41,244 nucleotides of DNA from an uncultured bacterium (GTDB lineage: Bacteria; Lernaellota; Lernaellaia; Lernaellales; Lernaellaceae). The notes beneath the pieces are model-generated. The model ran no database searches. It saw only the letters and a program-made list of their open reading frames with translations, and was not told the DNA's origin. The DNA is taken from assembly GCA_964534375.1 (NCBI GenBank), contig CAZHPN010000032.1, positions 1-41,244 of the forward strand, written 5' to 3'. Shown piece by piece: positions 20,099-30,476 of the stretch. The stretch's first letter is position 1. Each line of letters begins with the position of its first letter. A program made the position numbers and the translations under genes.

Positions 20099-20221
20099 TG
20101 AGTCGCGCTTTCAGAGATGACAATAACAACATTTATCGCCACTCGCGATCGGGTGGGGGAAGGGCGCTCCGGCAGTCTCTTTCCCTGCATGATGAACTGC
20201 CGCGGGGTATGGCGCCGACCC

Positions 20222-20250
20222 TTGACCGCGCGGCGCTGACGGCCCATAAT
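20222..20250 (+). promoter_or_regulatory. sigma70-type promoter for the C1 peptidase
   Basis: TTGACC-N17-CATAAT. Confidence 0.55.
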
Positions 20251-20316
20251 AATCGGGCGCAACAATCATCTGGAAGCTGTGAATCATTATCGGCCGCTGG
20301 GGAAAGGACCGACGAA

Positions 20317-22803
20317 ATGATAATGAGAAAACCGCTGGCGACGATCGTCGTCTTCTGCTCTCTTTTCCTCGGCGCGACTTTGGCGGCGGCCGACGATCTC
20401 GCGCAGGTTCGACAGGCGATCCGCGACAAAGGCCTGCGCTGGACCGCCGGCCCGGCGCAATTCACCGAGCAAGAAGTTCGTGCGCGGCTGGGCGTGCCCC
20501 TGCCGCTGTCCCATTCGCTGGGGTTTTGCACGGCGGCCAAATCGCCGCCCGCGAGTTGGGATTGGCGGACGCAGAATGCGGTGAGCGGCGTGCGCGATCA
20601 GGGGAGTTGCGGCAGTTGCTGGGCGTTCGCCTCGGTCGAGTGCCTGGAATCCGCGGCGATTCGGCAAGGCGGCTATCCGGCGTCGATCGACTTGTCCGAG
20701 CAGGATTTAATCTCGTGCTACAGCGGCGGCGGCAGTTGCTCCGAAGGCTCGAATCTGGACGGTCCGGCGAAGTATCTCGCAACGACGGGCATTGTCGACG
20801 AGACGTGTTTCCCGTACGGCGAGGAATCTTGGCAGTCCGGCGAACCGGTGGAAAGCTGTTCGCTGTGCTCGAACTGGCAAGCGGATTTGTACATCGTCGG
20901 CAACCACGGCACGGTGACGCAAGACGTCGATGATTTGAAAACGGCGGTTTACACCAATGGGCCGCTGGCCGTGTCATTCAAGGTGTTCGAGGATTTTGAA
21001 TACTATAAAAGCGGCGTTTACTCGTACGCATACGGCCCGGTCGAAGGCGGCCACGCGGTGTTGATCGTCGGTTACAACGACGACGGCGGCTATTTTATCG
21101 TCAAGAACTCGTGGGGGGCGTCGTGGGGCATGAACGGCTACTTCGAAATCGCGTACGGCGAAGTCGCCGGGATCACGGATTTCGGGGCCGATGCGCAATG
21201 GATGGGCTTCGGCTCCGGGCCGGCCGCGCTCGCCTGCAATTCGAGTAGTTGTCCGAACGGCTGCTGCGACGCGTATGGATGCGAGACCGGCGCCGACAAT
21301 GCCGCGTGCGGCACGGGCGGCAATCCGTGCGCGGCGTGCAGCGGTTCGGGAGAGGTGTGCGATCCCACCCAAAAAAGCTGCGTGGCTTGCGCGGCGAACA
21401 GTTGCCCGTCCGGTTGCTGCGATGCGTTTGGTTGCGAGACCGGCGCCGGCGATTCGACTTGCGGCGCGGGGGGCAATGCGTGCGTCGATTGCGCCGTTTC
21501 GGGACGGACCTGCAATTCGCACAGTTGCGTGGCTTGCGATTCGACTAGTTGCCCGAACGGCTGCTGCGACGTGAACGGTTGCGAGCCGGGCGGCGCCAAC
21601 GGGGCCTGCGGCTCGGGCGGCAATGCGTGCGTCGATTGCGCGGCTTCGGGTCAGACCTGCGCGGCAAACGGTTGCAGCCCGACGTCTTGGTCGGAAATGA
21701 CGAGCGGGGCGACGGCCGACACGACTTTGCGCAGCGTTTGGGGAAGCTCTCCTTCGGACGTGTTCGCGGCTGGATACGAGGTGAATTACGCCGCGAATAC
21801 CCTCGCGGCGGCGATTTTGCACTACGACGGTTCCTCTTGGTCGACGACGGCGAGCGTGACGGCGGCGACGGCTTATATGAACGGCGTTTGGGGGAACTCC
21901 TCTTCGGACGTGTTCGCGGTGGGACGCACGAGTTCATTCGCGGCGATAATTTTGCACTATGACGGTTCCTCCTGGACGACGATGGCGAGCGGGGCGTCCG
22001 GCTTTGCGGCCTTGGCGGGCGTTTGGGGAAGCTCTTCCTCGGACGTGTTCGCGGTGGGCGAGGAATATGCCGAGAGTGGCGGCGGGATTGCCGCGGGCGC
22101 AAATCTGATCCTGCACTATAACGGCGCCTCGTGGTCGGCGGCGCCATGCGGGACGGCGACGGCGTATTTGAACGGCGTTTGGGGAAGCTCCGCTTCGAAC
22201 GTGTTCGCGGTGGGCGTCATGAACACGAGTTCGCTCACGGCGGTGATTTTGCACTACGACGGTTCCTCATGGTCGGCGATGCCGAATGGGTCGCCCGGCT
22301 ACGCGGAGTTGCGGGGCGTTTGGGGGATCTCTCCCACGGACGTGTTCGCCGTGGGCAGTGGTTACGAAGCTTCCGGATCCTCTTATATTCCGACCGGAAA
22401 TGTGATCCTGCACTACGACGGCGCCTCATGGTCGACGCTGGCGAACGGGTCGACGACGGCGTTGTACGGCGTTTGGGGAAGTTCTGCCACGAACGTATTG
22501 GCTGCGGGGTTTCTCATGGCGAACGGCGCGCCGGCGATATTGTCATACGACGGTTCTTCTTGGCCGGCCATGGCGATAACGCCAGTGGCGCCGGGAATTC
22601 TGTATGGGATCTGGGGAAGCTCGTCGGCCGACGTATTCGCCGTGGGCGCCTACGGCGCAATTTTGCATTACAGCGCTTCGCCGGACGACGACGATGACAA
22701 CGACGACAACGATTCGGCCGCCGACGACGACGCGGTCGATGACGATTCATCGCCCGCGGGGCGAACAGGTCAGAGCGAACAGCCCAGCGGATGCGGGTGC
22801 TGA
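20317..22803 (+). CDS. Secreted C1A (papain-family) cysteine protease with Cys-rich repeats, 7 propeller-like repeats, Asp-rich tail and terminal GCGC
   Basis: Signal peptide; DQGSCGSCWAF, GGHAVLIVGY and KNSWG catalytic motifs; 3x SCPxGCCDxxGCExG; 7x (V/I)WGxSxxxV(F/L)AxG...IL(H/S)Y; ends DDDD...SGCGC. Confidence 0.88.
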   Translation: MIMRKPLATIVVFCSLFLGATLAAADDLAQVRQAIRDKGLRWTAGPAQFTEQEVRARLGVPLPLSHSLGFCTAAKSPPASWDWRTQNAVSGVRDQGSCGSCWAFASVECLESAAIRQGGYPASIDLSEQDLISCYSGGGSCSEGSNLDGPAKYLATTGIVDETCFPYGEESWQSGEPVESCSLCSNWQADLYIVGNHGTVTQDVDDLKTAVYTNGPLAVSFKVFEDFEYYKSGVYSYAYGPVEGGHAVLIVGYNDDGGYFIVKNSWGASWGMNGYFEIAYGEVAGITDFGADAQWMGFGSGPAALACNSSSCPNGCCDAYGCETGADNAACGTGGNPCAACSGSGEVCDPTQKSCVACAANSCPSGCCDAFGCETGAGDSTCGAGGNACVDCAVSGRTCNSHSCVACDSTSCPNGCCDVNGCEPGGANGACGSGGNACVDCAASGQTCAANGCSPTSWSEMTSGATADTTLRSVWGSSPSDVFAAGYEVNYAANTLAAAILHYDGSSWSTTASVTAATAYMNGVWGNSSSDVFAVGRTSSFAAIILHYDGSSWTTMASGASGFAALAGVWGSSSSDVFAVGEEYAESGGGIAAGANLILHYNGASWSAAPCGTATAYLNGVWGSSASNVFAVGVMNTSSLTAVILHYDGSSWSAMPNGSPGYAELRGVWGISPTDVFAVGSGYEASGSSYIPTGNVILHYDGASWSTLANGSTTALYGVWGSSATNVLAAGFLMANGAPAILSYDGSSWPAMAITPVAPGILYGIWGSSSADVFAVGAYGAILHYSASPDDDDDNDDNDSAADDDAVDDDSSPAGRTGQSEQPSGCGC

Positions 22804-22926
22804 GGCAATAGGGCAAGACGCCAATCGTCAGGGCGAACGCAAGGTTCGCCTGCACGATCTTAAAGTGGACAGCCGAGTGATTCTCCCGCCCGTGCGTCGG
22901 TCGGCGATGCTCGGTTGTTTTTGCAC

Positions 22927-22969
22927 AGTGTAAAGTAACACTTGACACTTTCTTCAATTCGTGTATGAT
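22927..22969 (+). promoter_or_regulatory. sigma70 promoter with overlapping operator palindrome
   Basis: TTGACA (22942)-N16-TATGAT; inverted repeat AGTGTAAAG-TAACA-CTTGACACT covers the -35. Confidence 0.65.
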
Positions 22970-23009
22970 CGCCTCGGATCGAACGAAAAGGCGAAAGGGG
23001 CAAGTTCCG

Positions 23010-23759
23010 ATGACGCCAAGAAAACGGGACCCGCGGACCGCGACTTCCGACGGCCGGCCATATCTGAAAATGAAAGAGCTTTCGGCGGCCGTGGCGCTGC
23101 CGAAATCCACGATCCTGCATTACCTCAACGAAGGGCTGCTTTTCGAGCCCATCAAGGCGGAAACGAACATGGCCTACTACCATCCGGACTGCGTCGAACG
23201 CATCGACCAGATCAAGCAACTGCAACGGCGCTTTCGCCTGCCGCTGGCGACGATCCGCGTGCTGCTGCAGAAGCAGGCGCCGGGCGTCGACGTGATGTCG
23301 CTCGCCGAGTTTCAAGAGGTCGTGTTTGGGCCGGCGGACCGGCCGTTGCTCGACGTTGCCGAATTTTGCCGCAGCACGGGGTTGTCGCCGGCGGAAGTCG
23401 CCGAGGAAATCGGCGCGGGCGTGCTGGCGCCGCTGCAGGCCGGCAAGTTCGACGCCGACGACGCGGCGATCGGCCGCACGCGCTGCGAGGCGCGGCGGGT
23501 CGGCATCGCCCCGGCCGACGTGACCTATTACCGCCGCCTCGCCGAGGAGCTGGTCGATCAGGAGATGGCGCTGCGCGACCGGGTCGTAGCGAATCTGCCG
23601 CCGAACGAAAACGCCGCGGTGACGATGAAAATGACCCAGTCCGCGCAGGCAATGCGCGCCTATGCGTTCCAGCGGGCGTTTCAACGCCGCATTATCGGTT
23701 TCCAAAACGCCGGCCGCGCGCGCGGCGGCAAGCGCGGAAAAAAGGAGAGGCCGTCATGA
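23010..23759 (+). CDS. MerR-family transcriptional regulator
   Basis: LKMKELSAAVALPKSTILHYLNEGLL...AYY...IKQLQRRFRLPLATIR HTH, followed by a second degenerate HTH. Confidence 0.85.
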   Translation: MTPRKRDPRTATSDGRPYLKMKELSAAVALPKSTILHYLNEGLLFEPIKAETNMAYYHPDCVERIDQIKQLQRRFRLPLATIRVLLQKQAPGVDVMSLAEFQEVVFGPADRPLLDVAEFCRSTGLSPAEVAEEIGAGVLAPLQAGKFDADDAAIGRTRCEARRVGIAPADVTYYRRLAEELVDQEMALRDRVVANLPPNENAAVTMKMTQSAQAMRAYAFQRAFQRRIIGFQNAGRARGGKRGKKERPS

Positions 23760-25141
23760 AAATTGTGATCTTGGGGGGCAGTCCGAAAGGCGAAATCAGC
23801 GTCACGCGGCAATATGTCGAATTCGTCCGGCGGGAATTCCCGCAGCATGAATACCAGGAATTTCAGATTTCGCAGCACATTCGCCGGTACGAAAACGATC
23901 GGCCGGCGTTCGACGAGGTCATCGCCGCGATCCGCGCCGCCGACGGCGTGCTCTGGGCCGTGCCGCTGTACGTTTATCTCGTCCCCTCGCAGTACAAGCG
24001 CTTCATCGAACTTATTGGGGAACGCGGCGCGCAAGAGGCGTTCCGCGGCAAGTACGCCGCGGCGTTGACGACCTCGATTCACTTTTTCGATCACACGGCG
24101 CACGAATATCTGCGCGGCGTGGCCGAAGACCTGGGCATGAAGTTCGTCGGCGGCCATTCGCCGGAAATGAGCGATTTGCTGCGGCCCGAAGGCCGGCGGC
24201 TGACGCGCCTGTTCGCCGAGCATTTGTTCGCCGCGATCGCCGAGCGGTGGCCGCTGCCGCGCCGCTACGCGCCGGCGACGCCGCCCGCGTTGCGCTACGC
24301 GCCCGGCGTCTTCGGGAAAGCGGTCGACGCCCGCGGCAAGAAAATTCTCGTGCTGCACGACGCCCAAGATGGCGACACCAATCTGGCGCGCATGATCGGC
24401 CGCGTGCAGAGCGCATTCGGCGGCGCGGCCGAGGTCGTCAATTTGCGCGACGTGGACCTCAAAGGCGGCTGCCTCGGCTGCCTGCAATGCGCGTGGGACA
24501 ACACCTGCGTCTACGCGGGCCAGGACGGCAACAACGAATTGCACGCGGCGAAAATCGCGCCGGCGGAGATCGTCGTTTTCGGCGCGAGCATCGTCGATCG
24601 GTATCTTTCATCGCGCTGGAAGATGTTTTTCGACCGCGCGTTTTTCCATAACCATGTCCCCTGGCTCGGCGGCAAACACCTCGCGTGGGTGATCTCCGGG
24701 CCGCTCGCGCAAAACGCGAATCTGCGCCAGATCCTGCAAAGCACGCCGGAATGGCAAGGGGCCGACCTGGTCGATTTCGTCACCGACGAAACGGCGGAAT
24801 CCGTCGACCTCGATCGGCAGTTGGACAACCTCGCGGCGCGGCTCGTGCGGCAGGCCGAGGAGAAATATATCCCCACCGGCACGTATCTCGCCGTCGGCGG
24901 CAAGAAGATTTTCCGCGACAGCGTCGCTGGCCGCATGCGGCTGATTTTCCATGCCGACCACGTGTATTTCAAGAAACATGGCTGGTACGACTTTCCGCAT
25001 AGGAAATATCGCCAGCGGCTGCTCAATGCGGCGCTGGCGCCGTTGTTCTGGATTCCCGTGTTCCGCAAGCGCTTTTACCAAATCGGAATTAAGCCCGGCA
25101 TGATCCGGCCGCTGGAAAACATGCTGGCGCGGCGACAGTGA
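23756..25141 (+). CDS. NAD(P)H-dependent flavodoxin-like / iron-sulfur flavoprotein, two-domain
   Basis: MKIVILGGSPKG and ADGVLWAVPLY; second domain has GCLGCLQCAWDNTC; ATGA overlap with the MerR gene. Confidence 0.8.
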   Translation: MKIVILGGSPKGEISVTRQYVEFVRREFPQHEYQEFQISQHIRRYENDRPAFDEVIAAIRAADGVLWAVPLYVYLVPSQYKRFIELIGERGAQEAFRGKYAAALTTSIHFFDHTAHEYLRGVAEDLGMKFVGGHSPEMSDLLRPEGRRLTRLFAEHLFAAIAERWPLPRRYAPATPPALRYAPGVFGKAVDARGKKILVLHDAQDGDTNLARMIGRVQSAFGGAAEVVNLRDVDLKGGCLGCLQCAWDNTCVYAGQDGNNELHAAKIAPAEIVVFGASIVDRYLSSRWKMFFDRAFFHNHVPWLGGKHLAWVISGPLAQNANLRQILQSTPEWQGADLVDFVTDETAESVDLDRQLDNLAARLVRQAEEKYIPTGTYLAVGGKKIFRDSVAGRMRLIFHADHVYFKKHGWYDFPHRKYRQRLLNAALAPLFWIPVFRKRFYQIGIKPGMIRPLENMLARRQ

Positions 25142-25290
25142 GGAGTGACGAGTTACGAATTACGAGCTGCGAGTTCCGGGCGGTCAGTTGCCGGCATTCG
25201 CGTAAATGCGCGGTTGCGTCAGACGTAAATAATGCCGAATTCGCGTGCATTCGCGGTTTCATTTTCCCAACTTCGCGGTTCACTCGCGGT
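25138..25290. repeat. Degenerate heptamer array (GTTACGA-like x5) followed by ATTCGCG-type repeats
   Basis: gtgagga gtgacga gttacga attacga gctgcga, then cattcgcgt, aattcgcgtgcattcgcggtt and cttcgcggttcactcgcggt. Confidence 0.6.
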
Positions 25291-25367
25291 GGACACGCCG
25301 GGCTGGTTCGCCACGCCGGCCGTGGTTAGAATGCGCGCCGATTTCGACGGAGGAATCGGCCGCGGCG

Positions 25368-26651
25368 ATGGCGACCAACGACAGCAAGCCCACCGGCCCG
25401 ACCGGCCTCAAATTCGCGCTCCGTGCGCTGCGTGGGCGCAATTACCGGCTGTTCTTCGCCGGCCAGGGCATTTCGCTGATCGGCACCTGGATGCAGCGCA
25501 TCGCCGTCAATTGGCTCGTCTATCGCATGACCGGCTCGCCGTTTTTGCTCGGCATGACCACATTCTGCAGCCAATTGCCGATTTTCATCGCGGCGCCGTT
25601 TGCCGGCGAAGTGGCCGACCGGATCGACCGGCGGCGGATCATGGTCGCGACGCAGGTGTTCTCATTGGTCCAGGCGTTGGCGCTCGCCGCGCTTACGCTG
25701 ACGGGCCGCATCGAAGTGTGGCACGTCATGGCGCTGAGCGTGATGCTCGGCGTGATCAACGGCTTCGACGTGCCGACGCGGCAATCGTTCGTCATCGAGA
25801 TGGTCGACCGCCGCGAGGACCTCGGCAACGCGATCGCGCTCAATTCGGTGATGTTCAACGGCGCGCGGCTGATCGGCCCGTCCGTCGCGGGGCTGCTGAT
25901 CGCGACGATGGGCGAGGGCGTGTGCTTTCTCGTCAACGGCTTGAGCTACATCGCGGTCATCGGCTCGCTGCTGGCGATGCGGCTCGCGCGCCGGCCCGCG
26001 GCCGCGGCGCCCGGGCCCGTTTTTGCGCGCCTCGCCGAAGGCTTCGCGTACGCCTGGGCATCGGCGCCGATCCGCTCGATCCTTGCGGTCCTGGCGTTGA
26101 CGAGCCTGATGGGCATGCCCTACGTGGTGCTGCTGCCGATCGTCGCCAAAGACATTTTGCATGGCGGCGCGCACACGCTCGGCTTTCTGACCGGCGCAAC
26201 CGGCGTGGGGGCCATTGCGGGCGCGCTATATCTCGCGTCGCGCAAGAGCGTCGTCGGCCTGGTCCCCGTGATCGCCCTGGCCGGCGGCGCGTTCGGCCTG
26301 GCCCTGGCGGCCTTTTCGTTTTCGCGATGGTTCTGGCTCAGCGCGCCGGTGTTGGTGCTCGTCGGTTTTACGATGATGATCCAGATGGCCTCGTGCAACA
26401 CCGTTTTGCAGACGATCACCGCCGACGAAAAGCGCGGCCGCGTGATGAGCATGTATGCGATGGCCTTCATGGGCACGGCGCCGTTCGGTTCGTTGCTGGC
26501 TGGCGCGCTCGCGGCGCGGATCGGCACGCCGATCACGCTGCTGCTCAGCGGCGCCGCATGCGTCATCGGCGCCGGCTGGTTCGCCGCGCGGATGCCGGCG
26601 ATGCGCCGCGCGATCCGCCCCATTTACCTTGCCAAGGGCATTCCTATTTGA
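25368..26651 (+). CDS. MFS transporter (MFS_3/DUF894-like)
   Basis: RNYRLFFAGQGISLIGTWMQ, GEVADRIDRRR and KRGRVMS motifs; about 12 TM segments. Confidence 0.9.
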   Translation: MATNDSKPTGPTGLKFALRALRGRNYRLFFAGQGISLIGTWMQRIAVNWLVYRMTGSPFLLGMTTFCSQLPIFIAAPFAGEVADRIDRRRIMVATQVFSLVQALALAALTLTGRIEVWHVMALSVMLGVINGFDVPTRQSFVIEMVDRREDLGNAIALNSVMFNGARLIGPSVAGLLIATMGEGVCFLVNGLSYIAVIGSLLAMRLARRPAAAAPGPVFARLAEGFAYAWASAPIRSILAVLALTSLMGMPYVVLLPIVAKDILHGGAHTLGFLTGATGVGAIAGALYLASRKSVVGLVPVIALAGGAFGLALAAFSFSRWFWLSAPVLVLVGFTMMIQMASCNTVLQTITADEKRGRVMSMYAMAFMGTAPFGSLLAGALAARIGTPITLLLSGAACVIGAGWFAARMPAMRRAIRPIYLAKGIPI

Positions 26652-26807
26652 CAGTTCGACGCCGCCCGTGCAAACTGGCGCCTCCTTGTGAGATCATTGC
26701 CGCGTTCGATATCGGCGCTGATGTGTGCGGCGCCCTGTGGTTTTTTTGACGATTTCGGCAAAAAAAGGCGGATCCATGACGACGGACTTCGCAGGCGGGT
26801 GGGAACC

Positions 26808-28799
<1,992 letters not shown>

Positions 28800-28842
28800 G
28801 CGTCCCAGTTTCCCGCCGTTCACCTATCGGTCGGGCCGCGTC

Positions 28843-29715
28843 CTATCTCAAACCGCGGGGATTCGGATGGCACACATGCAGGCAGCGGCCACAGTAGTCG
28901 ACCCAATCGATTGCGTGCTGCATTTCATGTTGAACGATCGCGTCGACCGGGTGCTTGACGTACGCCTTGGCGATCGCCCGCACCATGTCGCCGTGCGTGA
29001 GCCGGCCCGCGCGGTCCGGCAGGGGTTCGTTGATAATGCCGCCCGTGTCCGGGTGAAAGCCCATGATGCAGTAGTGGCAACGGTATTTGTCGACGCGCGC
29101 ATACGTGATGGCCATGCCGTCAATCGCCGTGGTCTCTTCAAATTCTTTCCGCAACGCCCCGCTCGGGCAGGCGGCCAGGCACTTGTCGCAGCGGTCGCAT
29201 AGGCTCGGCCGGCGGCGCATGGCGTCGGGCGCCAGTTCGGCGGTCGTGAGGATCGTGACGAAGCGCGCGCGCGTGCCGTATTTCTCGGTAAGCACGAGGC
29301 CCGAGTAGCCGAATTCGCCCAGACCGGCGGCGACAGCGGCGTGCCGGTGCGAAAACTCGGCCGCCTGGCGGCGATAGTCCATCTCTTTCGGATAGACTGT
29401 CGGCACGAACGGGAGAGCGAGGAACCCCGCATCTTCGAGCGCGTTCGCCAGGCGAAAGGCGGCATGGCCCAATTCTTTGTTGACGATCGCGTAGCCGTAA
29501 TATTGATACGGATAAACACCGCGGCGCCACTGCAGCGCGGTCGCCTCCGGGAAATGCCGCCCGAGCACGACGACCGATTTCACGTCGGGCAGATAATCCG
29601 TCGGCCGAAAGCCTTCCGGCGCGCCGGCCAGCCGCGCCGCCGGCGAGACGCCGAAGAGGTCCACGCCGGCCGCTTCCGCGACGCGACGGAGGCTGGACTT
29701 GAGTTGACGCGCCAT
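28843..29715 (-). CDS. QueG-like (epoxyqueuosine reductase family) 4Fe-4S protein
   Basis: FSHRHAAVAAGLGEFG...KYGTRARF, CDRCDKCLAACPSGAL and CGRCLHVC motifs. Confidence 0.8.
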   Translation of the reverse strand: MARQLKSSLRRVAEAAGVDLFGVSPAARLAGAPEGFRPTDYLPDVKSVVVLGRHFPEATALQWRRGVYPYQYYGYAIVNKELGHAAFRLANALEDAGFLALPFVPTVYPKEMDYRRQAAEFSHRHAAVAAGLGEFGYSGLVLTEKYGTRARFVTILTTAELAPDAMRRRPSLCDRCDKCLAACPSGALRKEFEETTAIDGMAITYARVDKYRCHYCIMGFHPDTGGIINEPLPDRAGRLTHGDMVRAIAKAYVKHPVDAIVQHEMQHAIDWVDYCGRCLHVCHPNPRGLR

Positions 29716-29900
29716 GGTTCGCTCTCCTTCCGGTCGACCGCCGCGACGCGGCCGACGCCGCATGGCGGCGACACAAAGAACGCCCGGGCGGCGCCGATCG
29801 AAACACGTATTTTCTCATAGATCACCGGGAAACGGAAATTGATCGCGGCACGGTGGCGCTCGCGGTTTCCAGAATCAGTTTCTTCGCGTGAGAACCCGCG

Positions 29901-30461
29901 CTACATTTCGTCCAATAAATGACAGACCATGTGCAGAATCGCCGTGTGAATTTCCTGCACCAACGGCGTTTCGGCGGCCGGGACCACAAACAGGATGTCG
30001 CACCCGCCGGCCATCAGGCTGCCGTCGCGCCCGACCAGACCGATGACCGTCATGCCGCGGCTCTTCGCCGCCCCGACGCCGGCCAGCACGTTCGGCGATT
30101 TGCCGCTGGTCGAAATCGCCCAGGCGATGTCGCCTTTTTGCCCGAGCGCTTCAATCTGGCGGGCGAAAACCGCCTCGTAACCGTAGTCGTTTGCGATGCA
30201 GGTCAGCACGGACGTGTCGGTCGAGAGCGCAATCGCGGGCAGGGCGCGACGTTCGCGGATGAACCGGCCGACCAATTCGCCGGCGAGATGTTGCGCGTCG
30301 GCGGCGCTGCCCCCGTTGCCAAAGGCGAGCAGCTTGCCGCCGGCGGCCAGCGTGCGCGCGATCGCCGCCGCCGCCGCGCGCAATTTCGCGTCGTTTTCGG
30401 TGAAAAACCTGACGCGCAGGTCCGCGCCGCGCCGCGCGTATTCGGCGATGTCGAAGGCCAT
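29901..30461 (-). CDS. gmhA: D-sedoheptulose 7-phosphate isomerase
   Basis: GNGGSAADAQH, NDYGYEAVFARQ, ISTSGKSPNV and QEIH motifs. Confidence 0.95.
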   Translation of the reverse strand: MAFDIAEYARRGADLRVRFFTENDAKLRAAAAAIARTLAAGGKLLAFGNGGSAADAQHLAGELVGRFIRERRALPAIALSTDTSVLTCIANDYGYEAVFARQIEALGQKGDIAWAISTSGKSPNVLAGVGAAKSRGMTVIGLVGRDGSLMAGGCDILFVVPAAETPLVQEIHTAILHMVCHLLDEM

Positions 30462-30476
30462 GGCCGCCCCTTTCGC

